From Spongospora subterranea f. sp. subterranea (Eukaryota): a stretch of DNA of 57,749 bases. The position numbers were made by a program, and so were the translations under genes. Position 1 is the stretch's first letter. The number at the start of each line of letters is the position of its first letter. Shown in pieces: positions 43,009-54,975 of this stretch. The notes beneath the pieces were generated by a model that saw nothing but the letters and a program-made list of their open reading frames with translations, ran no database searches and was not told the DNA's origin. The stretch covers positions 1-57,749 of the forward strand of contig JAUGWO010000073.1 of NCBI GenBank assembly GCA_049724395.1. The letters run 5' to 3'.

Positions 43009-43982
43009 TGTCAGAGCACATCCCCGTATCGCATCGATAAAGATCTGTTCAATAATCATATCACGTAATGGTGGTGATGGATTCAACATATCAAGAACTG
43101 TCGTATACTGTCACAAATGATTCAGCCCATTCGGGGCCTCGACCATGTCTGATCTATCAGGAGATCCAATTTTCGGCGCCAGCCAACGTAGGGCCCTGCG
43201 ACCTCTAACTATATCGCCTCATCCCGGGTTCGTATAGATTGACCATATTGTCTTTCGTAACTTCTATTGCTTTGCGTTGACCATAACGCAATCTACAGCA
43301 AACGGAAGTGCGTTGATTTTTTCAGACAACCGGTTCAATTTTTGTTGAATTCCATTGTACAGGCTCTGATGGAGCCCCTTATTGGACTACAATATTACGG
43401 TCGTATAAACTGATGACCGATCCGCATTATGAAGATGATGCACAATATTCACATCGAATTTCATCGGATGAGTTCGAAGAACCGTTCTCTCGGGAGGTGC
43501 CGGTATATGCATTAAGGTTTTACCTAGAGCAGCCCTCGCCCAACTGGAAAAGTTTCGGATTAAGAGATTTAAGGTACGTCAGCCTTCTTGCCGACTCAAT
43601 TTCTGAATCACGTGTCTCAGCTGTTTCACGAAAAGGGAAAACCCCTCGAAAGAGTACCGAGAAGGAACTGTAACAATGGGGGCTTTCGAGGATCAGGAAC
43701 TTGTTTCGCGAGTTCAGGAAGTAATGGCATCGATTTCGGATATACATGCGACCCTTAAAGTTCTACAGAATCAGAATATATACACCGCTTGAAATCCTTA
43801 AACAACGGAGTGTTATTTCAAGTATTCAGGTTCAGCTTCTGTTCTAGGAAACCATTATGGACCGTTATTGCATTATGAACAAGGCGAATACCTCCATCAT
43901 CGTATATTTCAAGATTATGACTCTAGCGTCGTTCCCCGACAACGACAGTTTCTCTTTTTGGAGGATCTTGAGTTTATTATGC

Positions 43983-45080
43983 TTAACGGGATGAATTGGA
44001 TCCAGGAGAATTGGATGCCACATTAGGAGGGCCGGTTGTCCTATTACCGCTGTTATCGCCAGGCAAATCTGTTCGATCAGGATTAGCTGTTCCAGTCGGC
44101 GTGTCGGTTCGTCGACGATCAACGAGCACATTAGGGAGCTGTGTTGATGGCCGAACATCGTCAGGCACGATCATCGCCGGCCGAGAACCCTGTCTCGGTA
44201 CACGGTTTCGAGACGGAGCCGGCGCAACACGATCCGGCCTTGCGTCGTCCCTGACATCGTCAGGTCCATCTGGCTGTTGCGGGTCGTTGGTCGCATCCGC
44301 CGACCCCAACGATTGCTGAGCGTCGCCCCGCTGATCACCGTTCAGGTCCGTTATCCTTCCCATGGCGCCATCTGACGAGAATTCCAGATTTGCTCCGAGC
44401 AGGAATTCCCCCTCGTGTGTGTCATTGGCGATCACTGTTGCCGATATGGAGGCGTTGGTTCTAACCGAACTGTTTCCATGGCTAATATCTCTCACCGCGT
44501 TTCTTCCCATCTCGGCGCGATTATTGCTGTTCCCATTTTCGTCGATATTGTGATCGTCACCGTGTCGGACGCGATCGACGTCATGATGATGACCACCGAA
44601 TGGATGAAATTCACGGCGGCGGTGGCGACGTTTTCGCGTCGGGTGATGGTGATTCTGATGACGATCGATAACGGGATCGTGGATCACATCGACCGGTTCC
44701 CGATGGATAACCTGTTGGTGATGAACGATGGCCGGCTCGTGAATATGGGTTTCCTCGATATATTGTACCGGGGCCTTATCAATATGGGTCACATGGCGCT
44801 CGTGGCCAGGATTCATCATCACATAATCCCGTTCTCGCGGTACGATATCCAGTTCCATCCTCCCCGATCGCAATGGGTTCTCGTGAATCCGATGCATTTC
44901 GCTGGACGACTGATGGATGGATTGGTAGCCAGGTCGAGACGGATCCGTCATCACGTGCACTTCCTCGTCTTGAAGCACATTGTGAGGTTGATCGACGATA
45001 ACGGCACCGTCAACTCCGATCAGAAACAATATCAATAACGGCAGATGTTTCACTGCCGCCATGGGGTTGCACGGCGCCAT
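43983..45080 (-). CDS. Secreted His-rich low-complexity protein (candidate effector or wall protein), paralog A
   Basis: Intronless 365-aa ORF; signal-like HLPLLILFLIGVDG; ETHIHEPAIVHHQQ..VDVIHDP; basic RKRRHRRR. Confidence 0.75.
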   Translation of the reverse strand: MAPCNPMAAVKHLPLLILFLIGVDGAVIVDQPHNVLQDEEVHVMTDPSRPGYQSIHQSSSEMHRIHENPLRSGRMELDIVPRERDYVMMNPGHERHVTHIDKAPVQYIEETHIHEPAIVHHQQVIHREPVDVIHDPVIDRHQNHHHPTRKRRHRRREFHPFGGHHHDVDRVRHGDDHNIDENGNSNNRAEMGRNAVRDISHGNSSVRTNASISATVIANDTHEGEFLLGANLEFSSDGAMGRITDLNGDQRGDAQQSLGSADATNDPQQPDGPDDVRDDARPDRVAPAPSRNRVPRQGSRPAMIVPDDVRPSTQLPNVLVDRRRTDTPTGTANPDRTDLPGDNSGNRTTGPPNVASNSPGSNSSR

Positions 45081-45479
45081 GCGCTTTCAACGGAAATATG
45101 GGGATTGGCTGAGGGGTTCCGGTCGAATAGCGTGAATCATTCCTAAACCTAAATGCATTGACCGCAAGTTCGAGGATGCTGAAAACAGGGATACTTTCCA
45201 GGAAAGGTTTATAACTGTCTACCAGACTGTATTTCGGGTGATCCCCCTTCGTGTACTGATGATCCATTTCCATTGCTAACAACACATGGGAGTTTTCTGG
45301 GTTGAGTGGCGAACGAGACGTTCGGTGATGTGATCACAAACACGTGATCGGTTGTCCCTGGAGTTAATCAGGGTGTATTAAGGGGAGCAGGTGTGTCGAC
45401 TGGAACACATCTGGCTGATCTATTGAACAAAAAATTTGAAAGTAAGGCAAGTCCCTTCTCGTTGGGAATATACTAATAT

Positions 45480-46440
45480 AGAATTACATGAATATACATT
45501 GAAATTTCAAAAATATAACCAAAATATCAATAATATTTCATAAACATACGGAATTATTACAAGAAGCTTAAAAAACTGAAAACAATAATTTTCACAAATC
45601 CCAAAAAAATTTTTACCATTTGTATAAAAAATAGTACAGTAGACCACTAAATAACTCCACATTGGGGGTCGGACTCATATTGTACTACATATCTACCCCC
45701 ACATGGGCCTATCGACGTGGGGCACATTTCTGGAGTCGGGATGCACTTCTCGGCGCTCCACATGGGTGAAACGCCAGTGGAGTAGTAAATACTTGATTAA
45801 ACTACAAACAGCAAACGAAAACGAGGTAATTTTGATAATTTGAAGGATATTGATAATTTGAAGGATGCGATTGACGCGTTAGAAAAAAACGTTTCAACGA
45901 TTACAAAAATCATGAAACCCAAACGAATATAACGTATATTACAATAAACCCCCACGTAATTTTAAATTTTTTATTAGATTCAAGATAGATTACTAGGACA
46001 GTGTATCTTCATCTTTAACTTCTAACTGCTGAAAAAAGTCAAATAGCCAACTTTTTAATTATTAAAATTCTGGAGAAATGACACAATATAACTTGCGATA
46101 AATCGGAAAGCGGAATAATAATAAATTCGTACCACTCCGACTTCGTGGCAACTCCCACTGTAAATACGTTCGGAAGTGTTGAAGTTAAACTTGCAAATCC
46201 GTTTTGACTCATCAATAGGATATAGTTCTAAAAAACTGAAAACAATAACTATAAAATGTAATTTTCACAAATCTTAAAAGGAATTTACCATTTGAAAATG
46301 AAAAAATACATACTTGATAAAAATATAAACAACTGACGAAAACGACTCTCCTCAACATTTAGAAGTCAAAGATGAAGACACATTGTTCCAGGAATCTATA
46401 TAAAGTATAATCTAATAAAAACCATCGGAGCCCATTACAC
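45480..46440. repeat. AT-rich degenerate repeat / MITE-like region
   Basis: Direct pair ~45570-45825 / 46229-46346; inverted pair ~45967-46032 / 46352-46421. Confidence 0.55.
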
Positions 46441-47169
46441 TATGAGTCATGAATGCTCGGCGTATCTAAATACTTTCGACAAGTCGACTCCACGTCTCAA
46501 CTTCTCAAAAAACTGCTGGCGACAGATGGCTATAACGCAACTGAGAAAGCTTGAACACAAAGAAGAATTGCTCTTACCTTGGGACGTTTCGATTCGATGT
46601 TGCGACCTGATTACGGACTGCTGCGATGTGTTGATCGATCCGGAGGCGCTCGCTAATTCGCAAGAGGCAGGCGCTAGTGAAGTTGTGGTTGCAATGATCA
46701 ATCTCGTCGCCTCTATCGATCAACACATCGCAGCAATCCGTAATCAGATCGCAACATCGAATCGAAACGTCCCAAGCCCGGTAAGAGCAATTCTTCTTTG
46801 TGTTTCAAGCTTTCTCGGCATCGGCGAGCCTGGCCTTGAGATGATGTATCTCTCCCTCCGACAAGCTTGCCGACGACATCACGAAAATAGGCGACTCTGC
46901 GGACACCCCTTTCGCAAGCACCGTTTCAAACTCCGCAAAATCAGCACGTTGTGTACAGTAAAAGTGGCGGTAAAACGTTTTCAACTCCGTGGAATATGTT
47001 ACCTTTGACACGGCAGCGGCAACAGTCACCAGAATTCTTGCTGTGGCGCTGCCGTGTCCAGGTAACCTCTGTGTCAAAGCTTAGAAAACGGCGCTCCAAG
47101 GTCTCTAATGCGAATGTCGTTAGTGCATCGGCTTATCATTGTCGAAAGTCTATTTACCCTTGACTATTC

Positions 47170-47385
47170 CAGACCCAACCCTGTTCTGTTTCGAGTGCAA
47201 TGATGATGGATTGCGAGGCAGCTTGCGTCAGCGGCTGCCGCAACCAAAATCTCAGGCTTCAATTGTTCCCATTGACATGCGGTGCACCGACAATGTGCAC
47301 CGGTTTGGAACTGTTCCCTGGGGAGGTAATCCTCACCAACTCGCTCATCTGCGAGTACCGCGGCCGAGTACGCTCTATCCCATAG
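47170..47385 (+). pseudogene. AWS/pre-SET plus SET N-terminal remnant
   Basis: CFEC..C..C..GCRNQ..GLELF..I..LICEYRGRV, frameshifted and truncated. Confidence 0.55.
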
Positions 47386-47543
47386 CAATATGTTTCGCTC
47401 TGTTCTCAATGAAACTGTAGATTTTAACGGCGAAACAATTTAGGCCGATGACACGGCGGATGAAAACTATTCAGAGAGAGACAACGGGCAACATCTACGA
47501 AACCTATGTGCCTTTTTTATGTCTCACTATGCACTTCTCCGAG

Positions 47544-48260
47544 GTAGATTTTTCTGATTGAGGTTTCACTCACTTTGAATCTTGTTGCAGCGTCGGAAAT
47601 GGTCCCTATCATCAACTTATCTGACACATCCGGATTTCCATTCTCCCTCCGCCCCATAAAAAGGTTTAAAAAAAATGTCCCAACTTAAGCTCATTTTTCA
47701 TCCGATTTTTTTGCTCTAAGTTGCATAAGCCGCATGCCTGACAACCAGATGTAAGAGTGCCTATTGGATGTTTTTTTTGATTGCGTAATTCATGGCGAAA
47801 GATTCGATTTTTTACTTCAGCCAAGAAGGACATTGAATTTGACAATAGTTCGACAAGTTAACAGCTACATGGGTATTATTGGTAATCGTAGATAGGCATA
47901 TTGGCGTAGAATCCAACAATATTTTTTTGAAAATGTTGCGAGCAAGTTCAAGTGCTGTATGGCAGTGTTAAGAAGGGCCATCCAGGATATACCCATTGGT
48001 GGATGAGACAATCGCCATTATGGGACCGAACTCAGGATCACGCTTCACATGTAATATTGGGTGTGGACCATCGTTGTCAATGAATGATTCTGAGGTCGAA
48101 TTGCGAAAAAGCAGCTGAGCGATGATGAGTGCCGTGCCAATTTTGATTTTCTCAGTGCCAGAAGGAAAGAACCCGGATGTGTCAGATAAGTTGATGATAG
48201 GGACCATCTCCGCCGCTGCACAAGACTCCAAGTCAGTGAAGCCTCAATCAGGAAATCTAC
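47544..48260. repeat. Inverted ~95-bp pair (47544-47637 / 48170-48260) straddling the left mariner TIR
   Basis: atggtccctatcatcaacttatctgacacatccgg and its reverse complement, plus flanking similarity. Confidence 0.85.
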
Positions 48261-49911
48261 AATCGTGGCTGTCAATCATTATCAGAACGGAGGTTGATAC
48301 CTGATACAGCAGGTAGATATATTGGCAGGTCCAAGAAGGCAGTTACTTTGGATCTTGAGGCAATCATGACTATCTCGTTGACATTGTGCCAAAATATTCG
48401 CTCGACGGCGTATCACTTGAATGTTTCCAAAAACACTTTGCATCGCCGTATAAAGGAAGAAGGATTGATAAAGCCCCATACTAACGCTATAAAACCCTAT
48501 TTGACAAAGCGGAACAAACTCGAACGAATTCAATTCCGCATCTCTCAGCGCGACGTGAATCCATAGAACAACGATTACAGTTTTGATGTTGTTTCAACAT
48601 GTACTTGTATAAGCGTTTGTCAAAAAATGAAATTGCTGTGAAGGTCATGAGGAATATCGATAATTGGTCAAATACAGTATGACGGAATATTCATAAAACA
48701 AAATCGATTGGAAAATATTGAACATTTATCTGCATTTATGGGAGTCATGATCAATAGGAGAATTAGGGATGTTCGATGTATGAAGCACCACGTTTCCCTG
48801 GGTGTTCGCCTTAGAACACCAGTTTCCGCTGATGAGACACTAAAGTTGCAAAACAACGCTCGATCGTAGCGCGCTGTCAGCGTTTCCACTGTCATCTCCT
48901 GTTGATCCCTCATCTGGAAGATTGATGTTTGGTCAAGTCGCCATCGTAACCTCTTCAAGTCGCAACCTGTCTAGGCTCAGAATAGTTACGATGATCTCTT
49001 GACCCAATGCCATCGTGTCAAATGAGGTCCATTATGAGGTGATTGTGCAACTAGGACACCGATGGTCTCGCAATGCGATAAAAGGGATGTACAACACGGT
49101 AGATTCAGGCATAAACCGCCACGATCTTGAGTCGACTCTCCGGTTTTGGTTTGAATGACTTTATCAGTCAATCCTCCCAACAATCCAATCAAGGATTATT
49201 TAGCAGCTGAGATACAAAAACCCTAAACCGTTGACCAAGAAAAAACAAGATTGGCTGACTAGGTGGCGCTTATCGACCATGGACTAGCGATGATGGAAAT
49301 TAATGTCAGTTCGCTATTTGCCAAGCGGCGTACTGTCATCATTGAATTCCCGAGGATAATTACAACATCGTTGCTGGAGAGTGATGACGGAAACTGGATA
49401 GTGGTGCGAATGTGGAACAGATATTCAATGACCTGTGATAAAGTACAGGCAAGAGGCGGCACTGTGGATCTACAAGGTGTTCGGTCGGCGAGGTCGATGG
49501 CGTCGGTCGGTGTATCTTGGTTGTAAAGTGAACCGGCTGCGGTGGACGACGTCACCCATTTTTCACCCGAGATTGTCATGCGAAAACTCAGAGGATGGCA
49601 GAATGTGGCGCGAATCAGGCCTGCTGCCATATTTGCGCCAGGTTTGGGTTTCGGAATAGTTACCTAAAACGTCCAAGCTAGAACTATAGCATTCTAGTCC
49701 ACTGAAGAACCATAATACTGTGGCAGAAAAATCTAGGACAACACTCTCTTTTTCTCAGTTTACGCACGTTCACCAAAACATCTGCGTTTGATCGGCACCC
49801 AGAGTCGCCACTCTCACTCTTATAACCTGAAAAACTCTGCCTGTTGTGATGACATTGCAATTCTAAGCGAACTGGTCAAGCGTCAATTGGACAATGTATT
49901 GGTCGGTTACA

Positions 49912-50753
49912 TCATGAAATTCGAAAAGGTCGAAAAACGTCGGCAATAGCGAACTGGTCAGGCGTCAATAACCTACGGCGCTGACAAACCTCTCGCGCCG
50001 TGTGAGGATTTTGTTCTTGCAAACACACTTCTGTTCGAAACATTGCCCGGTGAAATATATTCCAATGACCTCCTCGGATTGTTTTCATTTTCGCTAGCAG
50101 AGCATCAAAACGCTCACCGTAAACCCTGGCTTGCCCAACAGTGGTTGGTAAGTAAAATACACCTGGCACGTTTGTACAGGCAGGGTACAACTTGATCACA
50201 ACGCCTGGGAGCCCTCGAAGACGGAATTTTAAAGACCCATATCCACGACCAGCGAACGAGCACATTCGCAAAGTCGACCGGTGAAATGGCATGCGTTTGG
50301 CTGTTGGGGACTCGAAGTTGATATCGAACAGCAACAGCCCCTTTTCAGATGAAATTCGTTGTACGGTGGGCCCTCAAAATTGCAAAGTCTGGATCGTGGG
50401 ATCAAGGCTTTCTTGCTGACCGAAACGGAGCATTCGGACCTGGTGGACTCCAGCACGTATCAGGTCATCCGAATCCAAAACTGCATTGGCATGAAGTACG
50501 AAATGTTGGGCATCAATGCCAGGCCCGATAATTTGTTGCCTAAGCAGGTTGTCCGGAATGCGGTCCATTAAAACTCGCGTATTCTGATCGCTGGCCATCC
50601 CAACGATACGGACGACTATAGGATACCTGACAATCGTGAACCAGTGTCGGTCGTCACCTGTCCTACGATATTGAATCAGGTTGAGCTGAAACCAACAGAT
50701 CCAATGAACGCGAAACCATCCATGTCGGCGTCAACAACCACGCTTGAGGCCAT
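49912..50753 (-). pseudogene. Unknown ORF (frameshifted), left arm of a large inverted repeat
   Basis: Pieces MASSVVVDADMDGF.., MDRIPDNLLRQQIIGPG.., LFDINFESP..VIKLYP..RTEVCLQ. Confidence 0.5.
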
Positions 50754-50955
50754 TAGATCGGGAAAAAATACCAAAAATTTTTGCAGTTTAGCCAGGCAGT
50801 TCACCTATTGATTTTCGAAAGCGTGACTGTTTTTGCTCGCCTCACTTCGGTTTCGGTACCTGGTGATTCCATACTCCTGTTTGTGACTAAACTGCAACAA
50901 TCGCAATATCGCAAACTACTCCTGCTTATTTTTTTTTTGTATTTTTCCTGATCTA

Positions 50956-51727
50956 ATGGCCTCAAGCGTGGTTGTTGACGCCGACATGGATGGTTTCTCG
51001 ATGACTGCGAAACCGGAAGCGATTCATTGGATCTGTAGGTCTCAACTCATCCTGATTCAATATCGCAGGACAGGTTACTGGACGACCGACACTGGTTCAC
51101 GATTGTCAGGTATCCTATAGTCGTCCGTATCGCTGGGATGGCCAGCGATCAGAATACGCGAAATTTGATGGACCGCATTCTGGACAACCTGCTTAGGCAA
51201 CAAATTATACGGGCATGGCATTGATGCCCAACATTTCGTACTTCATTTCAATGCCATTTTGGATTCAGATGACCTTATACGTGCCCTCAATGTCTGTGGA
51301 GTCCACCAGGTCCGAATGCTCCGTTTCGGTCAGCAAGAAAGCCTTGATCCCGCGATCCAGACTCTGCAATTTTGAGGGCCCACCGTACAACGAATTTCAT
51401 CTGGGAGGGGATGTTGCTGTTCGATATCGACTTTGAGTCCCCAACAGCCAAACGCATGCTATTTCACCGGTCGACTTTGCGAATGTGCCGTTCGCTGGTC
51501 GTGGACATGGGTCTTCGGAATCCCGTCGTCGAGGGCTCCCAGGCATTGGGATCACGTTGTTCCCTGCCTCAATCATTCATTTGTTTCCGTAGTTATCAAC
51601 CACAAGCCAGGGTTTAAGGTGAGCGTTTTGATGCTCTGCTAGCGAAAATGAAAACAATCCGAGGTCATCGGAATATTTTTCACCGGGCAATGTTTCGACA
51701 GAAGAGTGTTTGCAAGAACAGGATCCA
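50956..51727 (+). pseudogene. Unknown ORF (frameshifted, truncated), right arm of a large inverted repeat
   Basis: Reverse complement of ~50004-50753 with substitutions and indels; ends at the junction with the mariner catalytic domain. Confidence 0.55.
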
Positions 51728-52947
51728 GATGAACACTGTTCACATAGACGAAAAGTGGTTTGACCTGACCAAAACTAACCAAAGGTACTACTTGGCGATA
51801 GACGAAGACTCTCCTCATCGTACACCAAAAAGTAAGAGATTCATCACAAAGGTGATGTTTCTAGCGGCGGTAGCAAGGCCACGGTACGATACGAGTTCCA
51901 AGAAAGTGTTCGACGGAACAATCGGAATCTGGCCATTCGTATACAGAGAACCTGCAAAAAAGGAAAAACAAGAAAAACCGGTCTGCTGGAACAAATGGAG
52001 ACAAAAGCATGTACATCAGTTGGAAAGCCAGAAATTCGTATTATGCTAATCTCGAGAGTACCTCCAGCAATACGCAAAATGGCCTAGAACATGGACTGGT
52101 CAAACACATAGCAGAATTTTTGTGCACCAGGATAACGCAAGGCCACACCCAGATGACAACGACCCGGTCATTAAGGAATCATTAAAGGGCCAGGATTGCC
52201 TAATCCAGCTGTGTCAACAACTGGCGAATATTCCCGACCTTACGGTACTCGAATTAGGATTCTTTCGATCCACACCAAGTCTGCAGTATCAACTACCGCA
52301 ACGAAATATGGACGAACTTATTCTGGCTACAGAAAAAGCGTTCAGTGATTTGGAGCCTGTTGCCCTGATAATAATGTGTACCTAACCTTACAAGGATGTA
52401 TGATCGAAACCATGAAAAGTCAAAGCGTCTACAAATATACAGTTCCGCATATGGGAAAAGAGTCGTTGTCGAGAAGAACACCAACTTCCTCAATCGTTGT
52501 CTTGCGCTGAAGACGTTGTCACTCAGACTATACCTCATCAATTCGACTCGGTGTGGCTGTGTTTTTTCACCAATAAATTCGTTTCGAAACCTTTCATGGG
52601 ACGGAAGGAGTACCTGTTCAAAATTGATTTACTCCTTTTTTGAAATTTCAAGTTATATAAATGTTATTCTATATTATTATATCTCCAACGAGAAGGGACT
52701 TGCCTTACTTTCACCTATTTTTTCGATCTGCTCCTCAACGGACGTCGGTGAAAGTGCTCATCGACCGCTTTCGAATTGCCAAAGAGAGTTGTGTGGAGGT
52801 GCCAATGGCGCCCACCTACCGTTCATCGTTTCGCGGAACGAGCATCGCTCGAAATAAAAACCGGAATCAGAGGTTGATGGAAAATGGGGTGTATTGACGA
52901 CGGGTAATAGTTATGATATTAATTGGGCGCTATTCGCTGGCCAATGG

Positions 52948-53512
52948 TCAAAACATCGGCGCCGAATGCACATCGGAGTAGATCAGGTCGTGATGGAGGG
53001 GCATCGGCGCGATCGGGTTGTGGTCGTACACGACCCGCCCATGGCCGTGCTCGATCGTGATCGGGTCGTGGACCACGTCCACCCGATCCAGCTCCCCGTA
53101 TCTCCTGATGATGAACCACATCCGGCTCGTGAATGACGGTCTCGGCGATCCGTTGAATCCCGGGTCCCTCAATGTGTCGCACCTGAGCGCCTTGACGATA
53201 TTGCCCGCCGTCGATCCCGTGATGGATGTCGCCAGGATAATAGTCGTCGGTGACCATACTGTGCAACGCGTGCCCGCCATGATGACGGGGATCAACGATG
53301 TGCCCATCGTGGTGCCGGTCGACCATTACCTCGTGGTGCCCATCGACCATGATCGGGGCGTTGCCGACCAGCCCATTACTGTGGAGCGCATGGGAGCCGA
53401 CCACCCCGGTCCCTTCCAAATACGGGTCAATATGGGAATCGATCATCTGCGAGAAGGCGATCGTTGATGCGATGGGCAATGAGATCAGGAGCAATCGCGC
53501 TGATAACCTCAT
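52948..53512 (-). CDS. Secreted His-rich protein, paralog B; probable 1-nt frameshift at ~53096
   Basis: Signal-like MRLSARLLLISLPIASTIA; ETVIHEPDVVHHQEIR then (next frame) ELDRVDVVHDP..APMF*. Confidence 0.75.
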
Positions 53513-53700
53513 TTTGGCGCCTCAAATCCTCAACAATTGCCAACTGACGAGGTCGATCTGATTGATCGTTTTGTGTAGTGATTTCTGTCGAATCTGATCG
53601 TGACCAAACCCAGTTCCGGTCAACAGTGAAATGAATCACCCGAAAAATGACTCATCAATTTTTCGCCACATAAAACGGTACTGAGAAATCCAGTTTAATT

Positions 53701-54669
53701 TTACCCGAACAGAATATTGGTTTTGGAGGTCTTGTTCTGTCTGGCTTCCATATGCCTGGGCTTATCTGGCAAAGGGCAATTGCTGCGATCGAAGTATCGC
53801 GACATGCTGTTCGTGCACTGATAGACGGCCGGATCATATCCCAGCACGATCCCCTTCCTCGCGCTGGGATGCGTTGGGACGTCAGTACCCGGGCTCTGGC
53901 CGCTGCGGTCCCCGTTTCCCGACGATCGCGACGGATTCGCCACGTCATCCCCACGCGTCTGCCGGCGACGGTCTCGACCGAAAAACGCATTGGCACCGAA
54001 TTCCGCCTTGGCTAACGAAAGACACACAATTGAATATCGTCGTCTGAAATGTCCCGAATGAAGATGTGATCCAGTATAGGTAACGTTCCCATCAAAAACA
54101 AAACGAACTTTCCTCAGAATGTAACGGTGATGTGTTAGATGACCTTCAGTGAACGTTGTGGCGGCGTTGGATGATGTTGAATATGTTAGCTGGTCCGATC
54201 CCAATACCAGACCAGGTTTCGGCACAATATCGTGAGGATGACGATGTTGTTGTTGTTGTTGGTGGTTTTGGTGATCGCCCTTGATGAAACTGGTTGGCAT
54301 CGCCCTGCTGAACGTGAAGAACGACGGTTTCTCCTGCCATGGTAGATGCGATTCCTGCAGCGCCTTTTTGCACTGTCGCGCCATATCGAACGCTGAACTG
54401 CCCGAACTGGTTTGATCCTTTTGCATGGCCGTCGTCTCGACCAACGGACGATGATGGCTGGACGCGATGGAATCCGTGGAGAAGTCATTGGCGACGTCGC
54501 CGAGGCGAAACTGCGACCCGGACGATGATAGGATGGGGTTCGGGCGGTGATTTCCTTTCGACAATGGGGTGAAACTGGAACGAGAATTGGTCGAATACGC
54601 CTGTTGACTATATCCGAATATGATATTCGTCTTCTTGTTCGAGTTGGATTGAGCGCCCCCCGTCGTCAT
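53701..54669 (-). CDS. Repeat protein resembling TEX45/SAXO-type ciliary microtubule inner proteins
   Basis: Recurrent [IFL]x[LF]G.[DS]...[YF].T units: NIIFGYSQQAYSTNS, QFRLGDVANDFSTDS, LVLGSDQLTYSTSS, IVLGYDPAVYQCTN, terminal NILFG; probable intron ~54040-54110. Confidence 0.5.
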   Translation of the reverse strand: MTTGGAQSNSNKKTNIIFGYSQQAYSTNSRSSFTPLSKGNHRPNPILSSSGSQFRLGDVANDFSTDSIASSHHRPLVETTAMQKDQTSSGSSAFDMARQCKKALQESHLPWQEKPSFFTFSRAMPTSFIKGDHQNHQQQQQHRHPHDIVPKPGLVLGSDQLTYSTSSNAATTFTEGHLTHHRYILRKVRFVFDGNVTYTGSHLHSGHFRRRYSIVCLSLAKAEFGANAFFGRDRRRQTRGDDVANPSRSSGNGDRSGQSPGTDVPTHPSARKGIVLGYDPAVYQCTNSMSRYFDRSNCPLPDKPRHMEARQNKTSKTNILFG

Positions 54670-54975
54670 TTTTGTGGCAACGGGCCCTGTCGCAACAAAC
54701 CCGCTCGATCCAACAATCAATGCCAGCTTCGGCGATTGCCGAGAACGCGACCCGATCGTACTGATATCGGTCGACCTCACTATTGAGGATTGTTTGTACC
54801 TCGAAATTCTTGAGTAAAACCCACAGATATGGGGTTTTACTCAGTTGACTTAATCCATGTCTTGGCATCGCCAGGAGCCCCACTCTCTTCGATTGTTTTA
54901 TTTTTTCAGAAACTGCCTCAGTATTCAGCAGAGCAATATCGTATCTGTATCTAAACTATATCGTTATAACAACAC

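Larger units (their letters stand above)
47643..52610 (+). mobile_element. Plant-type (Soymar/Osmar-like, DD39) mariner element with Stowaway-like TIRs; defective, with internal insertions
   Basis: Left TIR CTCCCTCCGCCCCATAAAAAGGTTT at 47643; right TIR reads CTCCTTCCGTCCCATGAAAGGTTT on the minus strand, followed by TA. Transposase N-part ~48294-48590 (IRSTA..SKNTLHRR..KPYLT..NK.ERI.F); C-part 51729-52470 (VHIDEKWF, KVMFLAAVARPR, GIWPF, QDNARPH-39aa-E, LTLQGCM..PHMGK). Confidence 0.9.

Noticed and set aside
42479..43120. Repetitive ORFs on both strands (PQPTHFTRSLDHTLY.., VGRLWWVESMVQRASK..)
   Set aside because: By-product of a 48-bp unit that is stop-free in several frames; no independent coding evidence. 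Also not a simple telomeric repeat
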